DNA of 64,000 bases, taken from a virus. Shown here in pieces: positions 17,048-25,450 of the stretch (its first letter is position 1; the number at the start of each line of letters is the position of its first letter). Both the position numbers and the translations under genes were made by a program. The notes beneath the pieces were generated by a model, which saw only the letters and a list, made by a program, of their open reading frames with translations, did no database searches and was not told the DNA's origin. Where the stretch lies: IMG/VR virus record IMGVR_UViG_3300014202_001065; one strand, written 5' to 3'.

Positions 17048-18023
17048 GGATCTGATCCTGAAACTGCTGGCCAAGACCAATGTGCACCGCAAAGACCGAA
17101 CCGGTACAGGCACCGTCGGTATTTTCGGGCACCAGATGCGCTTTGACTTGCGCACAGAGTTCCCGCTGGTGTCGATCAAGAAAACTTTCACCCGTGGCAT
17201 GGTGGCCGAGTTGCTGTGGATGCTGAGTGGCTCCACCAACAACAAAGTGCTCACCGATCAAGACGTACACATCTGGGACGACTGGGCTACCGAAATGGGT
17301 AGCCTTGGCCCCATCTATGGGGCCCAGTGGCGATCCTGGTTGGTAGATTTCACTACCAATGAAACCCTGGACCAGATAGCGCTGCTGATGACGGGGTTGA
17401 AAGAGGATCCCTACAGTCGCCGGCATGTGGTTACAGCGTGGAATCCCACGGAGCTGCCTGATCCTAAACTGACGCCGCAGGAAAATGCCAAGCGCAATCT
17501 GATGGCGTTAGCCCCCTGCCACTGCCTCTTCCAGTTCTATGTGGAGGATCTGTCCATTGACGAGCGAGTGGAGTGGCTGGAGTACGAGGCCAAGATCGAT
17601 CTGCGTGATGCCATGAGACAGGCCTATGGGCCCCTCTACGATGACGACAACTTGGAGGACGTTGCCAAGGTGCTGGATATGAATGAAGTCCCAGACAAGA
17701 GCCTGTCCTGTCAGCTCTACCAGCGCAGCTGCGACACCTTCCTCGGCCTGCCTTTCAACATCGCGAGCTATGCCCTGCTGACCCACATGATCGCCCATCA
17801 ACTGAATTATGATGTAGGCGATTTTATCTGGACAGGTGGTGACACGCACCTGTACCTGAACCACCTGGATCAGGCCAGTGAAATGGTCACCAGGGAGCCG
17901 CGTGGCGGGGTTAAGTTGAAGATCAAACGCAAGCCAGATGACCTCTTCAGCTACACAGTGGACGACTTCGAATTCGAGGGGTACGACCCGCACCCTGCGA
18001 TAAAAGGGGTAGTTTCTGTTTGA
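17034..18023 (+). CDS. thyA: Thymidylate synthase with a ~50-aa internal insertion
   Basis: [17 protein letters not shown], catalytic [21 protein letters not shown] and HLYLNH. Confidence 0.97.
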   Translation: MKQYKDLILKLLAKTNVHRKDRTGTGTVGIFGHQMRFDLRTEFPLVSIKKTFTRGMVAELLWMLSGSTNNKVLTDQDVHIWDDWATEMGSLGPIYGAQWRSWLVDFTTNETLDQIALLMTGLKEDPYSRRHVVTAWNPTELPDPKLTPQENAKRNLMALAPCHCLFQFYVEDLSIDERVEWLEYEAKIDLRDAMRQAYGPLYDDDNLEDVAKVLDMNEVPDKSLSCQLYQRSCDTFLGLPFNIASYALLTHMIAHQLNYDVGDFIWTGGDTHLYLNHLDQASEMVTREPRGGVKLKIKRKPDDLFSYTVDDFEFEGYDPHPAIKGVVSV

Positions 18024-18060
18024 CTGCGCCGGGTTTTTCACTATTGAAAGTCAACTGGCA

Positions 18061-18088
18061 ATCCCTGCAAATGCGGGGATTTTTTTTT
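18061..18088 (+). terminator. Rho-independent terminator
   Basis: ATCCCTGC-AAAT-GCGGGGAT followed by T8. Confidence 0.8.
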
Positions 18089-18193
18089 ACCAGATCTGGT
18101 TAGAAGATTATCAATAGCGCTTCACTGGTGGCCAATCTATGTGCGTAAATTATTAATGCAATGTTAATGAAGGTAACCAATCAGGTAGTAAAT

Positions 18194-18397
18194 ATGAGTA
18201 CCATCAAACGAGAACCTAAACGCCTTTGCCCTGACTGCGGCAATCCTGTTTACGTCATAAAATCGTTCACGCCTAAAAAAGACCACATGCATGTTGAGCG
18301 CCTGCAGAGCATTTGCTGCAGCTCTTGTGGCCTTAGGGGTACGCTGCTGATCAAGGAAGACATCACCTGGTATTCCATGGATCCACATGCAGCGTAA
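18194..18397 (+). CDS. Small zinc-ribbon protein (Ogr/NrdR-N-like)
   Basis: CPDCGNPVYVIKS...ER...CCSSCG. Confidence 0.6.
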   Translation: MSTIKREPKRLCPDCGNPVYVIKSFTPKKDHMHVERLQSICCSSCGLRGTLLIKEDITWYSMDPHAA

Positions 18398-18492
18398 TCC
18401 AACCAGATCTGGACCCGGGTCACTGTGCCCTACCTTACACGCCAGCATATGATCGGTCTCGCTACTCAACCACAGGAATATAGGAGGTAGCG

Positions 18493-19461
18493 ATGGATAG
18501 CATCGTAGGCATGGGAATTGAAACCATGGCGGATGTAGGTAAGGCCCTCCAGCAGCACGAAGCCAGCAGCCAAGATCGTTATGAGAAGCTGATGAGTAAA
18601 GTGGAAGGGGTGGCCAATCATGAAGAGTCCGAGGAGGACACCATGAGTGCTCACGAGGAAATGAACATTGTGGGGGTACCGGGTATGAACGGTAATGACG
18701 GTTTCGGTATGGGTGGCGGCCTGATCGGCGGTTTGCTGGTTGGTGCTCTGCTCGGCCGCGGTGGTCGCGGTGGCCTCTTTGGGGGTGATGACGGAGTAGG
18801 TTGCAATGGTGGCGCAAATGGGCTGCAAAGTTCCATCGACACCAACAGCATCCTGCAGAGCCTGGGCGACATCAAAGCGGCGGTGCCTCTGGCTGAAGCA
18901 CAAGTGCAGCTGGCTTTGGCCGGTCAAGCCGCCAGCCTCACCAACCAGATCAACTCGGCCAACATTGCCACACTGAACGGGCAATCTCAGCTCGGTTTGT
19001 CGATTGCGAATGCCCTCAGCACCGCTAAGGACCTGGCTGCAGCCCAGACCCAGACCCTTTCCGAGCTGATCAACGGTGTCGGCAACCAAGTTGACCGCAA
19101 TCTGTATCAGCTGGCTACCACCATCACCAATGATGGAGCCGCTACCAGGGCGCTGATCACCACCAACCAAATCGCCGACCTCAACCGCCTGGCACAAGAG
19201 CGTCAGGACGAGATCATCGAACTGCGCAATGGTTCGAATCGTGACCGGGATCGCCATGGTATTGAGATCAACATGATCCAAAACCAGAACCAAAACCAGA
19301 TGCAGTTTCAACAGCAGGCCCAGGTTCTGGCCCAGTTGGCGAACTGTCTGGCAGAGGTTGGTCAAGTGGCCCGTGCCACCAACTCCAACGTGATCGTTGG
19401 CAACACGGGGGCCTCCACCACCGGGGCCCAAACAGCCAGCCCCACCAACGTGAGAGCGTAA
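18493..19461 (+). CDS. Gly-rich membrane segment plus Gln/Asn-rich coiled-coil protein
   Basis: SD AGGAGG; GGGLIGGLLVGALLG helix; second in-frame start at 18643 with SD GAGGAGG. Confidence 0.85.
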   Translation: MDSIVGMGIETMADVGKALQQHEASSQDRYEKLMSKVEGVANHEESEEDTMSAHEEMNIVGVPGMNGNDGFGMGGGLIGGLLVGALLGRGGRGGLFGGDDGVGCNGGANGLQSSIDTNSILQSLGDIKAAVPLAEAQVQLALAGQAASLTNQINSANIATLNGQSQLGLSIANALSTAKDLAAAQTQTLSELINGVGNQVDRNLYQLATTITNDGAATRALITTNQIADLNRLAQERQDEIIELRNGSNRDRDRHGIEINMIQNQNQNQMQFQQQAQVLAQLANCLAEVGQVARATNSNVIVGNTGASTTGAQTASPTNVRA

Positions 19462-19465
19462 CGCT

Positions 19466-19771
19466 ATGCAAGACTATGCGAGCCAGTTGGCCTCCCTGCA
19501 GCAACAGCTGTTAAATCTGCAGAAGTTGGGTAGCAACCCCACTCAGCTACTTCAGCAAGTTCTGTCTGGTGGCCCTGTTGGTCATCAACCTGAGCAAACC
19601 GCAGCAACCCAGGAGGCCATGGCGCAGCAGTCTAGCCTGTCTAAACAACAGGAGACGCTGTTGGCTTTCTACGATGAGTTTGCCTTGACCGATGATGGCC
19701 GAGCACTCGCCGCGAGCTTGAGCAAGTTTGCAAGATACGTTCAATCTAAGACGGGTAAAGCTGCGCAGTAG
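19466..19771 (+). CDS. Gln-rich hypothetical protein
   Basis: Starts 4 nt after the previous stop; followed by a terminator. Confidence 0.75.
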   Translation: MQDYASQLASLQQQLLNLQKLGSNPTQLLQQVLSGGPVGHQPEQTAATQEAMAQQSSLSKQQETLLAFYDEFALTDDGRALAASLSKFARYVQSKTGKAAQ

Positions 19772-19792
19772 ATTCAACGCTGCGATGTAACG

Positions 19793-19830
19793 AAAGAGAG
19801 GGGGGGTCGATTGCCCCTCTCTTTTTTTTT
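19793..19830 (+). terminator. Rho-independent terminator
   Basis: AAAGAGAGGGG...CCCCTCTCTTT followed by a T run. Confidence 0.8.
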
Positions 19831-19872
19831 GTGGATCAAATCACAGATCGTAGGCACCAATAAGGGTAGAGT
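19830..19872 (+). promoter_or_regulatory. Class II CRP-like promoter
   Basis: TGTGG-ATCAAA-TCACA at 19830-19845, 21-nt gap, TAGAGT at 19867-19872. Confidence 0.7.
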
Positions 19873-19898
19873 ACCTTATCGACCAAAAGGAGCTCGCC

Positions 19899-20279
19899 AT
19901 GAAAAGCCTGATCAACTTCTTGTTTTACTTTCTGCTCGCTGGGATTGCGCTCGCAAGCCTAGTCCATTGCTCTGCAGCCCAGGCCACAGAGGTGTCCCAC
20001 TGCATCAAGTTCAGCAGCCGCACCGTCTGTTTTGTGCAGGATAGCCTGGGGCGACATTCCAAGGTGGAGGTCACCAAGGCCATCAAGGGCCTCAAGGTAA
20101 TCAGGGTCACCCGCAATGGCTACACGGCCACGCAGATTGAAGCCCAGCATGGCAAGGTCAAAAACACCACAGGGTCTGACAGTTCCGGAGCCCGCTGGTC
20201 GTCTGTCACCATTGGTAAACCCGTCAACAGCATAGCCGACGAAACTACAATCGCCGGCTCATTGTCCATCAGCAATTGA
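19899..20279 (+). CDS. Exported hypothetical protein
   Basis: SD AAGGAG; signal peptide MKSLINFLFYFLLAGIALASLVHCSAAQA. Confidence 0.75.
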   Translation: MKSLINFLFYFLLAGIALASLVHCSAAQATEVSHCIKFSSRTVCFVQDSLGRHSKVEVTKAIKGLKVIRVTRNGYTATQIEAQHGKVKNTTGSDSSGARWSSVTIGKPVNSIADETTIAGSLSISN

Positions 20280-20290
20280 GAACCGATCAC

Positions 20291-20575
20291 ATGACCAATA
20301 CTGTAAAATACACTGTCATTTTCTGCGACCAGCGCAGTAAACTGGTTGAGTTTCATGGCGGTGATGGGGAAAAACCACTGCGAGCACTGTTCAGTACCGA
20401 CGAGGCCATCGAAATACCGATGCCTGATGCTTACCTTCTTCTGGACGAGTTCGGGGAAGTTACTGGGGTAGCTACCCATGACCTGATCCGCTTCTGGGGT
20501 GGGCTTGCGTCATACAAGGCTCGGCACCAGCACTACCAAGTGGTCGAGGCTTACATTATTCAAAATCCATCCTGA
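20291..20575 (+). CDS. Hypothetical protein
   Basis: ATG 20291 (MTNTVKY); operon context. Confidence 0.65.
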   Translation: MTNTVKYTVIFCDQRSKLVEFHGGDGEKPLRALFSTDEAIEIPMPDAYLLLDEFGEVTGVATHDLIRFWGGLASYKARHQHYQVVEAYIIQNPS

Positions 20576-20586
20576 CGAGGTGTTCC

Positions 20587-20868
20587 ATGGGTGTCATCAC
20601 TACGATTCTGGATTATTACCTGACTGTTGGGTTCCTGCTTTGCTTGGCCTGGTTGGGTTACGCAGTCGTGGGGCACCTGAAGACCTTTCGCAGCCTGCGC
20701 AATGTAGATTCCGTCATGGTGTGCATTACCGGCGCCGTGACGATCTTACTTTGGCTGCCGGTGCTGTGGTTCATCATGATGGATATTGTGCGCCACTACC
20801 GGAGCCTGACGCCGGGACATTGGACTTTTGATGCCGAGCTGCCCACCAAGAGCAGACAAAAGGATTGA
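20587..20868 (+). CDS. Membrane protein (2 TM)
   Basis: Two hydrophobic stretches; SD GAGG. Confidence 0.7.
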   Translation: MGVITTILDYYLTVGFLLCLAWLGYAVVGHLKTFRSLRNVDSVMVCITGAVTILLWLPVLWFIMMDIVRHYRSLTPGHWTFDAELPTKSRQKD

Positions 20869-20871
20869 CCC

Positions 20872-21501
20872 ATGGCCCTTTATATTGGCAACCCCGACGA
20901 CTTGAAGACCACCAGTGATCGCCTCTCAGAGGCGATTGCTTTTGATTTCATTCATTGGTGGAGGATCCGGGATCGGGCCGTTGCCGTGATGGCACCGAAC
21001 ATTTACTTGCAGGATTGGTTCGAGGCTGATGTCTGCAGCATAAGGCGCAGCTTGCTCATTGACGAGTTTGAGATCAAGGTTTCCCGCGCAGACTTTAAGA
21101 ACGACGCGAAGAAGACTGGAGCCGATGGCCGCACCAAGTATGATCGGATCCTAACCAACGACCACCCTCTGGCCTCGTTCTCGTACATTGCCCCCAAGGG
21201 TTTGCTGGCTCTGGATGATTTGCCTGACTTTGCAGGACTGATCGAGGTTACCCTTCCACCACCCGGCGAGCCAAAGCGTAAATTGCTGCGAGATAGGCTA
21301 CCACCCACAGGTTTCAACCCACACGATTACGGCATTGCTACCTTCCAGGTCACAGTGCGAGCCCCAAAGCTGCGCAAGGTTTGCGATGAGGTGAGCAGAT
21401 CTACCGCCCAGCGTTTACATCTGTCCATGGCCTACCGCTACTTCGACTACTACCGGACCGGCGAATGTCTGAAGAAGAAAAAGCCGAGGTACCCAGAATG
21501 A
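20872..21501 (+). CDS. MmcB-like PD-(D/E)xK nuclease-fold protein
   Basis: EADVCSI...EFEIKVSRADFKND...FSYIAP. Confidence 0.75.
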   Translation: MALYIGNPDDLKTTSDRLSEAIAFDFIHWWRIRDRAVAVMAPNIYLQDWFEADVCSIRRSLLIDEFEIKVSRADFKNDAKKTGADGRTKYDRILTNDHPLASFSYIAPKGLLALDDLPDFAGLIEVTLPPPGEPKRKLLRDRLPPTGFNPHDYGIATFQVTVRAPKLRKVCDEVSRSTAQRLHLSMAYRYFDYYRTGECLKKKKPRYPE

Positions 21502-21860
21502 GATTGCTCTGCTTTGGGGGGCGTACCTATGGCGACGAGGCTGCTATTGACGCTGTATTGCAGACACTGCGGGGGCAAATAGAGCTGCTGATCGAGGGTG
21601 ATGCTCCAGGCGCTGATCGCCTCTGCGGTAAATGGGCCGCAAAAAACGGGGTGCCTTACGTGGCCATGCCAGCGTTGTGGGATTACTGGGCCACCCAACC
21701 CGGCGGCCGGGCCCAAGCCGGTACCCGCCGCAATGGCCACATGATCGAACTGCTAAACCCTACGCATGCCGTAGGGTTCCCCGGCGGGGCAGGCAGTGCC
21801 GATATGGCGGCCAAATGTCGCTGGGACAAAATACCACTCTGGCTGCCCTACGGCCCCTGA
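21498..21860 (+). CDS. SLOG family (YspA/DUF2493-like) protein
   Basis: ATG 21498 in an ATGA overlap; LCFGGRTY, IEGDAPGAD, AGTRRN and FPGGAGSADM. Confidence 0.85.
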   Translation: MRLLCFGGRTYGDEAAIDAVLQTLRGQIELLIEGDAPGADRLCGKWAAKNGVPYVAMPALWDYWATQPGGRAQAGTRRNGHMIELLNPTHAVGFPGGAGSADMAAKCRWDKIPLWLPYGP

Positions 21861-21933
21861 CAAGATTTGAGTGCTTAGCATTACCCCAATCGGTTATGAT
21901 GTGTCCGATCCACCAACCCATAGGAGATACGCG

Positions 21934-22218
21934 ATGGACACTTTGCTGACCCTGCTGGCGGCCCTGCTTGCCCTATTCCAAGGATACGGCCCTGTCGTCA
22001 TCGGCTGGCTGTTCAATCTGGCCTACATGGTCACCGCCGTAGTAACCGTTTTCTGGATGCTGCGCTACCTTGACAAACGCTTGGGAGTAAATTTCCGTGA
22101 AAGAGTCCTGCCTATCCTCGAAAAAGAACCTATGGCACTGGCTCTGTACCGTGCTGCTTGGATCCTTGGCGCTTGTGTACTCGCAGGCCTCATGCTCGGT
22201 GCCGGTGGAGGCGCTTGA
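21934..22218 (+). CDS. Putative holin
   Basis: ATG 21934 with SD AGGAG; 2-3 TM helices; directly upstream of the endolysin. Confidence 0.75.
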   Translation: MDTLLTLLAALLALFQGYGPVVIGWLFNLAYMVTAVVTVFWMLRYLDKRLGVNFRERVLPILEKEPMALALYRAAWILGACVLAGLMLGAGGGA

Positions 22219-22723
22219 TCCCGCAACGGAAGATCGCATCAAGCGCCATTGGGGCCAGGAGCTGCCAGGGTACCCTTGGCAGCTGGGTGTAGGCCAGGCC
22301 TACCAGGAATCGCGATACCGTCTTAATGCTGTTTCACCGGCTGGGGCCCGGGGCCTTTTCCAGTTCATGGCTCCTACATGGCGAGACCTCCAGCGCCAGG
22401 GTATTGTGCCTCTGGATGCCACGCCCGAGAGTGCACGGTGGTCAGTGCTTGCTGCTGCGGTCTACATGAAGAGAATGGTTAATATCTGGAAAACACCGAG
22501 GCCCCCAAAAGACAGATACTATCTGGCTCTGGCCTCTTATAACGCCGGGGCAGGTAATATCCTGGCAGCTCAGAAACGTTGCCGCGGGTCGGTTCTTTAT
22601 CAGGAGGTCATGACCTGCCTCCCGATGATTACCGGGCGGCATGCAAGGGAGACTGAAGGCTATGCCCCTGCAATACAAGCTCATACTGATCGCTTTGTGC
22701 GCCACCGTGCTGTCAATCGGTAG
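22097..22723 (+). CDS. Endolysin, soluble lytic transglycosylase type
   Basis: YQES catalytic Glu, AVSPAGARGLFQFM, ALASYNAG and ETEGY. Confidence 0.9.
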   Translation: MKESCLSSKKNLWHWLCTVLLGSLALVYSQASCSVPVEALDPATEDRIKRHWGQELPGYPWQLGVGQAYQESRYRLNAVSPAGARGLFQFMAPTWRDLQRQGIVPLDATPESARWSVLAAAVYMKRMVNIWKTPRPPKDRYYLALASYNAGAGNILAAQKRCRGSVLYQEVMTCLPMITGRHARETEGYAPAIQAHTDRFVRHRAVNR

Positions 22724-23069
22724 CGGTTACACGGGGTTCCGCCTTGGCGTGGCCTCAGAGGTTGCCGCTCAGGCGGAGCGCGAGGCCGAAGCCAAGCGTG
22801 ACAAAGAGGCCCGCGAACAGCGGCTGAAGAACGTGGAGACCAGAGCTGCAGAGCTTCTCGGCCCGCAAAAGACCCAGCAAGAGCGGGTCGTGGTAAAGGA
22901 GGTGGTGAAGTATGCGATCAAATATCGCGATCGTCCTGTCGATTGCGCTGAGCGTGATGCTGAGCGGCTGCGCATCCTCAACGAAGCCTACGGGGTTGGT
23001 GGGGGCGCAAAGTTACCCAGCCCAGCTGATGGTTCCACCGGAGCCGCCCCTGGTGGTAAACCCGAGTAG
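22662..23069 (+). CDS. i-spanin (Rz-like)
   Basis: N-terminal TM plus coiled coil, after the endolysin. An alternative ATG lies at 22641. Confidence 0.8.
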   Translation: MPLQYKLILIALCATVLSIGSGYTGFRLGVASEVAAQAEREAEAKRDKEAREQRLKNVETRAAELLGPQKTQQERVVVKEVVKYAIKYRDRPVDCAERDAERLRILNEAYGVGGGAKLPSPADGSTGAAPGGKPE

Positions 23070-23202
23070 CCCCGGGGAAGAACTGGATGGGGAGGTGCAG
23101 CGGGCGTTCCAATCCAGCACCTGGCGGAAGCAATTGATACTCTTGCAAGAGTGGGTCGATGCCCTGTACGACAACCGGTACAAAAAAGAGCCCCCAGATT
23201 AG
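22912..23202 (+). CDS. o-spanin lipoprotein (Rz1-like)
   Basis: SD AAGGAGG; lipobox LSGC; Pro-rich; overlaps the i-spanin in another frame. Confidence 0.85.
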   Translation: MRSNIAIVLSIALSVMLSGCASSTKPTGLVGAQSYPAQLMVPPEPPLVVNPSSPGEELDGEVQRAFQSSTWRKQLILLQEWVDALYDNRYKKEPPD

Positions 23203-23217
23203 GGGGCTTTTCTTTTT
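23182..23217. terminator. Bidirectional terminator between convergent genes
   Basis: A6-GAGCCCCC-AGATTA-GGGGGCTTTT-CTTTTT. Confidence 0.75.
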
Positions 23218-23743
23218 AGCCTATGGCGAAAACTGGCATCAGCTGGATGCACTCATACTCACCGTGGATTACCCCGTGTTCGGTTGATCGGGTGTACTTT
23301 CCAGTTTTCAGTGTGTGTATCAGCGTGTAGAAGTCACCGTTGGTTTTGCACAGGATCTTGAATGTGCCGCGGCTCGTGGCCAGCGTGCATTCCAAGCCGA
23401 GGAACAACGACAGTCGTTTGCCCTCAAGGGCTTCCCTTAGGGGGGTATAACTCAAAGCCTGCGCCTCAATGCGCACTTTGAGGACGGTCACCCGCTCATT
23501 GCTACGGGGGTCAATGGCCGTGATATGGCGTATGGTGGCCAGGGCTTCTGTCTGCCCATCTTCCATCGTGAAGGCACAGGCAGCCAGCCCACCGTAGGCC
23601 GTGCTCTCAGCCAGGAGCTCATCGTAGTTCCTCAGGTCCGGGCATGCAGCCCCGAGCGCAATACACTGCAGCAGATCGTCGTTCTGCTCGAGTATGGTGA
23701 ACGGGGTTGGCGCATTGGCCGGTTTTTTGGTTTCACTTATCAT
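23216..23743 (-). CDS. Hypothetical protein
   Basis: Lone minus-strand 175-aa ORF with its own promoter and terminator. Confidence 0.75.
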   Translation of the reverse strand: MISETKKPANAPTPFTILEQNDDLLQCIALGAACPDLRNYDELLAESTAYGGLAACAFTMEDGQTEALATIRHITAIDPRSNERVTVLKVRIEAQALSYTPLREALEGKRLSLFLGLECTLATSRGTFKILCKTNGDFYTLIHTLKTGKYTRSTEHGVIHGEYECIQLMPVFAIG

Positions 23744-23774
23744 GCCTGTAGCCTTCGTGTTGGGGGTTTTGACC

Positions 23775-23844
23775 AGAATACCGGCAAGTGTCGGCTATGT
23801 CTGTGAACGAGATCACACACAATTACTCATCTTTGCGGTACAGT
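23775..23844. promoter_or_regulatory. Bidirectional class II CRP-like promoter (perfect core)
   Basis: TGTGA-ACGAGA-TCACA at 23802-23817. Plus-strand -10 TACAGT at 23839-23844 and minus-strand -10 TATTCT (plus 23775-23780), both 21 nt away. Confidence 0.8.
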
Positions 23845-23873
23845 GACGTTCACAACCACAAGGGAGAATCACC

Positions 23874-24149
23874 ATGGATATTTGCTCGAGTGGCGACGTG
23901 CTGGGCGTTGCGGGTTTCTGGGCCTTGGGCGTCGCGCTGGGGGCCATCGTGCTGGCAGCCCTACTTGACCTGCTGGCTCCGCCGTACATAAAGGCCCGCC
24001 GAGGCGTTCGCCTTGTTGGCTTGATCGTCTGTGCAGGTGTCCTGGCTTTCATGGGCTCGTACCTGTGGCTGCAGGTCTATGCCATTCAGTTCAACCCCAC
24101 CCTCAGCCGCTGGATCGACGAGTTTACAGTGAGGTTGCTATGTTCATAA
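23874..24149 (+). CDS. Membrane protein (2 TM)
   Basis: SD GGGAG; two hydrophobic helices. Confidence 0.7.
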   Translation: MDICSSGDVLGVAGFWALGVALGAIVLAALLDLLAPPYIKARRGVRLVGLIVCAGVLAFMGSYLWLQVYAIQFNPTLSRWIDEFTVRLLCS

Positions 24150-24844
24150 TTGGCGGCGGTGGCCGAAACAACAACCCTTTTGCCAAGTCTGCCGGGATCA
24201 CAATTGGCAAAAAGCCTGAGCCTGTGCCAGCCACCATACCGATGTTTGAGATTGGCCGGCCTGCTGCCTCCGTCAGTGACGAGGCCACCTACGTAGAGCC
24301 AGAGCCGGCACCGTTGGAGGTTTGCGATCCCGTCTCACAGGTCAGGGCCTTCGTGCATGAGTACCCTTTCTTCGGTGGGTCTGATGTGGCCCTCACCTTC
24401 GAGCCCTACGACAGCTACACGGTTACAGATCGGCAGGTGGTCAACGGTAAACAGGTTGTCACTGAAACAACCTACCAGAAGATGGCGGCCTCTCTGCCGC
24501 GCACCGTGCCGTTTGAGGGTATCGATGATCGGATCTGGCTGCGGGCGGTCTACACCACCGACAGTTGCCACACCCAGCGAATAGAGGTGCGCCTTGGCGA
24601 CGAAATCCTGGGGCTGCTCTGCATGTTTGCCCGATACAATTGGTCCATCTATGTGGCCCGACCTGGGTTGCGTGACGGCATGCCCCTGTATGAGTCAGGT
24701 GCCAAAACCCGTGGCTGGGTCTTCGACCGGCGTGCGGCAGGCGTGGCCCGGGAAAACATCCTGGATCCGCTGGAGCCGTGGTATGTTCTGCCAGACATGC
24801 TGCGCTACCTGAAAACCCATCGGCCCGAGCTGGGCTTGAAATAA
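24140..24844 (+). CDS. Hypothetical protein with a disordered N-terminus
   Basis: ATG 24140 (MFIIGGGG) with SD GAGG. Confidence 0.75.
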   Translation: MFIIGGGGRNNNPFAKSAGITIGKKPEPVPATIPMFEIGRPAASVSDEATYVEPEPAPLEVCDPVSQVRAFVHEYPFFGGSDVALTFEPYDSYTVTDRQVVNGKQVVTETTYQKMAASLPRTVPFEGIDDRIWLRAVYTTDSCHTQRIEVRLGDEILGLLCMFARYNWSIYVARPGLRDGMPLYESGAKTRGWVFDRRAAGVARENILDPLEPWYVLPDMLRYLKTHRPELGLK

Positions 24845-24855
24845 GGAGTCACCCT

Positions 24856-25350
24856 ATGTTTGAAAAATGGTTCAGCAGAGAAGCGGCCATGGACTACCAG
24901 GCTGAAATGGAAAAGCGGGTAGATGCCTTCTTGGCCGCTTACTGGCACAATCGCCGGGCTCCGGTGGGCACGATCTCCACTATGAAGGTCGAGTTGATGC
25001 GCAGCCTGATCAAGGTATTTGATCTGGCCAACGAGGTTGTTGATCAGGGCGCCGGTGGCAGCGTCTACGTGGCCTACCCTTACCCGATCTCTTTCGAATC
25101 GGATAAGTGGCCGTGGCTGAAGATCGTACCCTGCAACACCGACGGGGCGTATACCCGTTTTATGCACAGCTTCCGCCAGCTGATTGCCGAAATGGATCGC
25201 GACCAGTTGCTGGGGGAGCCTGCGGCCTCCGCTCTTGTGCTCGCCCTTCCGCGCACATTGGAAAAGCGGACCAAGATACAGTGTGCCAAACTCGGCAAGG
25301 AATCTCTCGACGGTAAATTCCCGATGAGGGTGTTCACTATCGAAGTGTGA
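24856..25350 (+). CDS. Hypothetical protein
   Basis: ATG 24856 (MFEKWF) with SD AAGGAG. Confidence 0.75.
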   Translation: MFEKWFSREAAMDYQAEMEKRVDAFLAAYWHNRRAPVGTISTMKVELMRSLIKVFDLANEVVDQGAGGSVYVAYPYPISFESDKWPWLKIVPCNTDGAYTRFMHSFRQLIAEMDRDQLLGEPAASALVLALPRTLEKRTKIQCAKLGKESLDGKFPMRVFTIEV

Positions 25351-25407
25351 CTGGGGCCACAAAGCCACTATTTTTGTCGTGACTCAAAAAAAATAAAGCA
25401 GTAATGT
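25346..25407 (+). promoter_or_regulatory. Class I-geometry CRP-like promoter
   Basis: TGTGA-CTGGGG-CCACA at 25346-25361; -35 GTGACT at 25379, 17-nt spacer, -10 TAATGT at 25402. Confidence 0.5.
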
Positions 25408-25450
25408 TCTAATCCTCTGCAAAGAGAAATCACCATAAGGAAACAAGACC

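Noticed and set aside
17034-18023. ThyA as a dCMP hydroxymethylase or other base-modification enzyme
   Set aside because: It keeps the dUMP-specifying Asn in [10 protein letters not shown], and I saw no glycosyl- or amino-transferase genes in the window.
18466-19431. Long antisense ORFs (also 3777..4649, 39567..40400, 23525..23806 and many others)
   Set aside because: They are shadow frames of strongly codon-biased genes, with no SD or recognisable motifs.
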